In this document: piece by piece, positions 37,220-42,002 of the stretch | Position numbering within the stretch: position 1 is the first letter of the stretch | How the letters are laid out: every line of letters begins with the position of its first letter | Assembly: GCA_004796385.1 (NCBI GenBank) | Contig: QZLD01000142.1 | Coordinates: forward strand, 1 to 42,002 | Origin: Gammaproteobacteria bacterium | GTDB lineage: Bacteria > Pseudomonadota > Gammaproteobacteria > QZLD01 | Length of the DNA: 42,002 nt | Direction of reading: 5' to 3' | Translations under genes and position numbers: made by a program | The notes under the pieces: generated by a model | Database searches by the model: none | Told to the model about the DNA's origin: nothing | What the model saw: the letters and a program-made list of their open reading frames with translations, nothing else

Positions 37220-38332
37220 ATGATATTAATACTCGCTCCGGACATATCTAACGACTCAGGTGAATATCAATCACTCATCACGTATCTAAAAACTTTAAAA
37301 AACATAGAGGCTCGCCCCCACATAGTAAAAGGAAAAGAACAAACTCTTACAGAAATTTATCTTGTTGGAGACACTTCTCAGCTAAAAGCCGATGACTTCA
37401 AAGATCTCCCCTGTGTAAGCAATATTGTAAAAATATCCAAACCATACAAAATAATTGGCAAACATGCTGACGATAAACGTCCTACAGAATTCACATATAA
37501 TGGTATAACCTTCAGCCAGGACAATATCAATATATTTGCAGGACTATGCGCCGTAAGCACCAGAGAGCATGTTGAATCCATGATGAAAGCACTCAAGGAA
37601 AACGGTCAGCAATGCACCAGAATGGGTGCCTACAAACCAAGAACCAGCCCCTATTCTTTTCAGGGACATGGTAAAAACTGCCTGCCATATGTATTCGAGC
37701 TTGCAGGTAAATACGACATAAAAGTAATCGCAATGGAAATCACCCATGAAGATCACATCGATGAAATTAACGAAGCACTTGAACTAACAGGCAATCCTAC
37801 CGGAGTAATGTTACAAATTGGTACCAGAAATACCCAAAATTTTGAATTACTTAAAAGTGCCGGCAAACAGACAAGATTTCCTGTACTCCTGAAAAGAGGT
37901 TTTGGAATAACTCTGGAAGAATCCCTTATGGCAGCAGAATATCTTGCCAGTGAAGGCAACAGCAATATTATCTTTGCGCTACGCGGCATGAAAACAAACA
38001 TGGGCGACCCACATCGAAATTTTGTTGACTTTGCTCATATTCCTGTGGTTAAAAGATTAACCAGAATGCCTGTCTGTATTGATCCATCACACTCAGTCGG
38101 CACACTAGACAGAGGAGCAGACGGCATAACAGATGTTATGCATGTTACTGCACAAGGAGTAATCTCCGGCGCCAATATGATCTTGATAGATTTCCATCCT
38201 GAACCAACAAAGGCTCTTGTAGATGCAATGCAGGCAAATACCATTGATCAATTACCGGTATTGATAGAAGACGTAAACATTGCCAGAGAAGCATATTTAA
38301 AACGTTTACAAATAAAGGGAATAAAACCTTAA
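37220..38332 (+). CDS. aroF: 3-deoxy-7-phosphoheptulonate (DAHP) synthase, type I-beta with N-terminal regulatory extension
   Basis: RMGAYKPRTSPYSFQG, LQIGTRNTQNFELL, PVLLKRG, AAEY.ASEGN, IDPSHSVG, DFHP.P..ALVD. Confidence 0.9.
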   Translation: MILILAPDISNDSGEYQSLITYLKTLKNIEARPHIVKGKEQTLTEIYLVGDTSQLKADDFKDLPCVSNIVKISKPYKIIGKHADDKRPTEFTYNGITFSQDNINIFAGLCAVSTREHVESMMKALKENGQQCTRMGAYKPRTSPYSFQGHGKNCLPYVFELAGKYDIKVIAMEITHEDHIDEINEALELTGNPTGVMLQIGTRNTQNFELLKSAGKQTRFPVLLKRGFGITLEESLMAAEYLASEGNSNIIFALRGMKTNMGDPHRNFVDFAHIPVVKRLTRMPVCIDPSHSVGTLDRGADGITDVMHVTAQGVISGANMILIDFHPEPTKALVDAMQANTIDQLPVLIEDVNIAREAYLKRLQIKGIKP

Positions 38333-38568
38333 GCCAGCATCTCTTTAATATAATATTTGCTGATTCAGAGTTCTCCTGCTGTTTCACAACAAGGGGAGAA
38401 ATAACATCCCCTTAATAAACTTTGAATCAGTTCATCCGCAAATCTCAGCCACGTTAATTTCTTAAAAAAATCGCCTCTTTCAACCTCTGCAGACAAACCA
38501 ACTAAACTCGCAAATATAACGCTGATTACTTTACTATTACCAGTCTTATAATGTACATACACTAACGC

Positions 38569-38603
38569 AAAAACCCCTTACTAAATATTAGAAAGGGGTT
38601 TTT
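38569..38603. terminator. Intrinsic terminator downstream of the PEP-CTERM gene
   Basis: aaaaacccctt-actaaatattaga-aaggggttttt hairpin with tails on both sides. Confidence 0.8.
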
Positions 38604-38629
38604 ACTATATCTTTTTTGGTATTTAGGTT

Positions 38630-39187
38630 TTATTTTCTTTTTCTAGAAAGCCCTAAACCAAGCAAACCTAAACCAAATAACGCAATTGAAGCTGGCTCAG
38701 GAACTTCGCCATCTTTTCTATACTCAATATTATCAACAATTTCAATTAGATTTGTATCATAATAAATTTCTGCGTAGTTAAACAAACCTGTACCGGAAAG
38801 GGTTTGATTCATAATATCATCCCAGTTGGCAGTAAGAGCATAAGAACCTGTTAAAGCTCCATCAAGATAGAGATCAAGGTGCATTTGTCCATCAGGATCT
38901 CCAAACCCAGGATTGTCATTACCGAAATCGAACGATAGGTAATCGTATGTGTTGGCAAAACTAAGTTGTAGACGACTGGAATCATCTCCAAATATGCCAA
39001 GAGCAGTACCGTCACTTTGATGACCATAATCGCTCACTGATAAACCGGTCCCCATTGAATCGGTAAATGTAACATCACCAACGCTAAAAGAATTAACATT
39101 TGAAGCAGTAACACCATCAAAATTTATCACAGTAGCATTAGTGTTAGCTGCCGCAAGCAATCCAAGAGCGATAATTAATTTTTTCAT
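38630..39187 (-). CDS. PEP-CTERM sorting domain protein
   Basis: Signal peptide MKKLIIALGLLAAANTNA; C-terminal VPEPASIALFGLGLLGLGLSRKRK (PEP + TM + basic tail). Confidence 0.96.
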   Translation of the reverse strand: MKKLIIALGLLAAANTNATVINFDGVTASNVNSFSVGDVTFTDSMGTGLSVSDYGHQSDGTALGIFGDDSSRLQLSFANTYDYLSFDFGNDNPGFGDPDGQMHLDLYLDGALTGSYALTANWDDIMNQTLSGTGLFNYAEIYYDTNLIEIVDNIEYRKDGEVPEPASIALFGLGLLGLGLSRKRK

Positions 39188-39244
39188 AGTAATAATTCCT
39201 TAAAGTTAAAATCAGAATAAAACCAAACCATCCCCTATAACAAA

Positions 39245-39260
39245 AGCAATATATATGCCA
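39245..39260 (-). promoter_or_regulatory. Sigma54 (-24/-12) promoter
   Basis: Minus strand TGGCATATATATTGCT, with exact GG-N10-GC spacing, about 58 nt upstream of the PEP-CTERM start. Confidence 0.85.
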
Positions 39261-39266
39261 CACCAA

Positions 39267-39279
39267 TAACCATATGATA
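39267..39279 (-). promoter_or_regulatory. Probable IHF site
   Basis: Minus strand TATCATATGGTTA versus WATCAANNNNTTR (one mismatch), lying between the enhancer and the sigma54 site. Confidence 0.5.
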
Positions 39280-39312
39280 TAAAAACATTTTATGAAATAC
39301 GTAAATAGCAAC

Positions 39313-39329
39313 TGTAAAAAAAACCGACA
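39313..39329. promoter_or_regulatory. Enhancer (bEBP/PrsR-type) binding site
   Basis: TGTAAAAAAAACCGACA (TGT-N11-ACA) about 50 nt upstream of the sigma54 site; resembles the motif described upstream of proteobacterial PEP-CTERM genes. Confidence 0.65.
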
Positions 39330-39348
39330 TAACCTTGCAAAAAAACCA

Positions 39349-39915
39349 CTAAGCTTTCGGCAATGTCACTCCAGTCTGCCCCTGATATTTGCCACCACGA
39401 TCTTTATATGATGTTTCGCAAATCTCGTCCGATTCATAAAAAAGCATCTGAGCAACCCCTTCGTTAGCATATATTTTTGCAGGCAATGGCGTTGTATTTG
39501 AAAACTCAAGCGTCACATGCCCTTCCCACTCAGGCTCCAAAGGAGTTACATTTACTATTATTCCGCAACGAGCATACGTTGATTTGCCAAGACATACAGT
39601 CAACACATTACGCGGAATCTTAAAGTACTCAACGGTTCTTGCTAAAGCAAATGAGTTTGGGGGAATTATACATACATCAGACTTTACATTAACAAAACTG
39701 TTTTCATCAAAGTTTTTCGGATCAACTATTGCCGAATTAATATTTGTAAAAATCTTAAATTCATCTGCACAACGAACATCATAACCATAACTAGATGTTC
39801 CGTAAGAGATTATTCTTTTATCATTTTCACAATAACGAACTTGCTCTTTCTCAAAAGGTGAGATCATTCCCTGCTCAGACATTCGCCTGATCCATTTATC
39901 TGATTTTATGGACAT
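39349..39915 (-). CDS. dcd: dCTP deaminase
   Basis: [58 protein letters not shown]. Start at 39915. Confidence 0.96.
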   Translation of the reverse strand: MSIKSDKWIRRMSEQGMISPFEKEQVRYCENDKRIISYGTSSYGYDVRCADEFKIFTNINSAIVDPKNFDENSFVNVKSDVCIIPPNSFALARTVEYFKIPRNVLTVCLGKSTYARCGIIVNVTPLEPEWEGHVTLEFSNTTPLPAKIYANEGVAQMLFYESDEICETSYKDRGGKYQGQTGVTLPKA

Positions 39916-39934
39916 GCCCTGTAAACCTTGTTTT

Positions 39935-40993
39935 TTATGTTTTTGATAATGGTTGCTGCGAGAGTCTGGCAACCAAGTTGATAGCCACCTCTTTTATCAC
40001 ACGAGATATCTGTAAAGATGGTTGCTGCAATACTATTGGTAAACCTACATCCATGCTCTTTTGCAATTCGTGACTATATGGTAGCGAGCCAATAATATCA
40101 GTTCCGCAATTCTTTGCCACCTGTTTGAGCTCTGTTTCTCCGAATATATGCTCCATACTATTGCATTTTGTACAAATATTAAGGCTTTTATTTTCAATAA
40201 CACCTAACAGTGGTACATCTCGTTTTTTATATATATTTGAAGTCCTTACAATGTCTTTTTCAGAAAATTCATCAGGAATTCCTATTACAACGGCACCACT
40301 TACAGGGTATTGCTCCAAAATATTTTTAAGAATATCACCACTTGAAGATGGCATATCGACAATAAGATAATCCAATTCCCCCCATTTAGTTCCTTTAAGA
40401 AACTGATTTAAAATTCTTGAAACTTTATTACTACCCCATACAGCACTGTTATGCTCTTTTTCAAGTATTCCTGCTATAGAAACTGTTTTTATTCCATTTT
40501 TCTCAACCGGAATAAATATATTTTTTTCAGTTTTAATTTTTTCAATTATCCCTAAAGCGAAATACAGATCGGATTTAAACAAATCTGCATCAATAATCCC
40601 TACCCTTGCACCCTCATCAGCTATTGCTGCAGCAATATTTGCCGTTATTGCTGTTCGTCCCACTCCTCCTTTACCACCACCTATAAGAATAACATTTTGT
40701 ATTCCGTCAACTCTTTTTACATTCTTCTGAATAATATGCGATTTGCATTTGTGTGTAATATGAACATGAATCTTCTTTATTCCTTTAACCGATTCTATTT
40801 GCCCTTTAATTTCTTCAGCAAGAACAGATTTATATTTTTTTATCGGAAAACCAAATTCCAGATCAACAAAAACAACATCTTCATCAATATGAATATCTTT
40901 TACAACATCGGCCGATATTAAATCTTCCCGCAAATGTATATCGTAATAATCAGCAATAGCTGCTGCAACTGAGTCTATATCTGGCTTTTCCAT
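39935..40993 (-). CDS. apbC: Mrp/ApbC Fe-S cluster carrier ATPase, divergent
   Basis: N-terminal FeS-assembly-like domain; [37 protein letters not shown]...ICTKC, GLPIV; upstream of dcd as is common in gammaproteobacteria. Confidence 0.82.
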   Translation of the reverse strand: MEKPDIDSVAAAIADYYDIHLREDLISADVVKDIHIDEDVVFVDLEFGFPIKKYKSVLAEEIKGQIESVKGIKKIHVHITHKCKSHIIQKNVKRVDGIQNVILIGGGKGGVGRTAITANIAAAIADEGARVGIIDADLFKSDLYFALGIIEKIKTEKNIFIPVEKNGIKTVSIAGILEKEHNSAVWGSNKVSRILNQFLKGTKWGELDYLIVDMPSSSGDILKNILEQYPVSGAVVIGIPDEFSEKDIVRTSNIYKKRDVPLLGVIENKSLNICTKCNSMEHIFGETELKQVAKNCGTDIIGSLPYSHELQKSMDVGLPIVLQQPSLQISRVIKEVAINLVARLSQQPLSKT

Positions 40994-41002
40994 TTTCTTT
41001 AA

Positions 41003-42002
41003 CTACTTCCTTATTAAACCCGTTGTGATTTTATAAGCTCTTTTAAGCTCCAATGCCGTAATATTATATGCTTCTTCAATTTCCCTTAAACCGAACTGAG
41101 TGCAAGCTCTTTCAACTGCAATTGCACCTATACTTCGGCTATTAGACATTACACTTTCAATTATGGCCTCTTTTTCATTATCCTCAAGCCTGTGACTTTC
41201 AAGCTTGCTTATCATTTCTGCTGTACTGTTCAAGTATATTTGGATCATCTCTTTTATATCAAGATCGTTACCCAAATCTTCTAAGAGATTTTCTGTAACA
41301 GTTTTATCAAAAATCTCATGATCAATTTCAATTTGTTTCTCTGTCAAATATCGGCTAAGAACCCTCACCATCTCCTCTTTAGAAAAAGGCTTGGATATAA
41401 AATCATCCATTCCACAGGATACACATTTTTGCTTATCGCTCTCATAGGCATTAGCAGTTAACGCTATTATTGGGATTTTTCGAATATTGTTCTCTTTTTC
41501 ATACGCCCTAATCCTTATTGTTGCCTGAATACCATCAAGCTCAGGCATCTGACAATCCATAAAGATAAGGTCGTAATCTCCGCTTTTATATTTATCTATT
41601 GCTTCAAAACCATTGCTTGCAGTTTCAACATTATTACCGGCTCTCTCCAGTATTTTCTTTGCAACCAATTGATTCTCCGGAATATCTTCTACTATCAGAA
41701 TGTTATTAGAAAATACCGATGCCGATATAGAGTTGCTATTTTGAGATAAATGATATTTTGTTATAACTTGATCTGTAGTTGTTAATGAAATAGCCATCGC
41801 ATCAATTAATGATTTTTCAGATTCAGATCGCGACAAATATACCGCAATACCATTCTCATTGAATAACGAAGAATCGCCTCTTGTGGCACTGCTGCAATAG
41901 ATAACAATCTTAGAATCCCCCCATAGCCCTTTGATTTTTTTAATAAAAGAGGAATGTTCTTCATTTTGGAGTTCTGCATCTATTATTACAAAATCGGGTG
42001 CC
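41003..42002 (-). CDS. C-terminal part of a receiver/HPt protein, probably a hybrid histidine kinase (5'-truncated by window)
   Basis: Frame stays open to the window end (…PDFVIIDAELQN…, a receiver-like region). Intact REC ILIVED...IFMDCQMPELDG...IPIIALTANA...GMDDFISKP, then an HPt-like tail. Confidence 0.85.
   Translation of the reverse strand, partial: APDFVIIDAELQNEEHSSFIKKIKGLWGDSKIVIYCSSATRGDSSLFNENGIAVYLSRSESEKSLIDAMAISLTTTDQVITKYHLSQNSNSISASVFSNNILIVEDIPENQLVAKKILERAGNNVETASNGFEAIDKYKSGDYDLIFMDCQMPELDGIQATIRIRAYEKENNIRKIPIIALTANAYESDKQKCVSCGMDDFISKPFSKEEMVRVLSRYLTEKQIEIDHEIFDKTVTENLLEDLGNDLDIKEMIQIYLNSTAEMISKLESHRLEDNEKEAIIESVMSNSRSIGAIAVERACTQFGLREIEEAYNITALELKRAYKITTGLIRK

Noticed and set aside
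38365-38562. 65 aa minus-strand ORF in the aroF/PEP-CTERM gap
   Set aside because: No RBS or recognisable motif; it starts immediately after a terminator and overlaps the inverted-repeat element.
1098-40921. Many short ORFs antisense to or nested in long genes (for example 8958-9308, 20918-21415, 24788-25276)
   Set aside because: They lie entirely over well-supported genes and show the Ser/Phe/Ile-rich composition of shadow ORFs, with no motifs.

Overview
AT-rich bacterial chromosomal window, most likely from a gammaproteobacterium (nlpD-rpoS, ratA-ratB/rnfH, apbC-dcd, djlA, truD). It mixes core genes with accessory blocks. From left to right: (1) the 3' end of a type VI secretion cluster (tssM C-terminus, tagF, PP2C phosphatase pppA); (2) a convergent four-gene block resembling polyprenyl-phospho-arabinose synthesis (DprE1-like, DprE2-like, HAD-UbiA fusion) ending in an uncharacterised GT-C-like membrane protein; (3) nlpD-rpoS, an HDOD protein, ratA-ratB and small sensor/START proteins; (4) a five-gene fragment of an exosortase A/PEP-CTERM exopolysaccharide locus; (5) a signalling cluster (7TM-DISM hybrid kinase, response regulator, PAS kinase, FimX-like degenerate GGDEF-EAL protein); (6) truD and djlA; (7) a three-gene secreted-protein island with a catalytic-only lipoprotein PHB depolymerase, a Gly-Pro-X repeat protein, and a separate Ig-like plus substrate-binding-like protein, which together look like a split depolymerase; (8) nadA, DAHP synthase, a PEP-CTERM gene with a sigma54/IHF/enhancer promoter, dcd, a divergent apbC and a receiver/HPt protein cut by the window edge. 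I saw no rRNA, tRNA, CRISPR array or transposase. All calls come from reading motifs by eye; no database searches were run.
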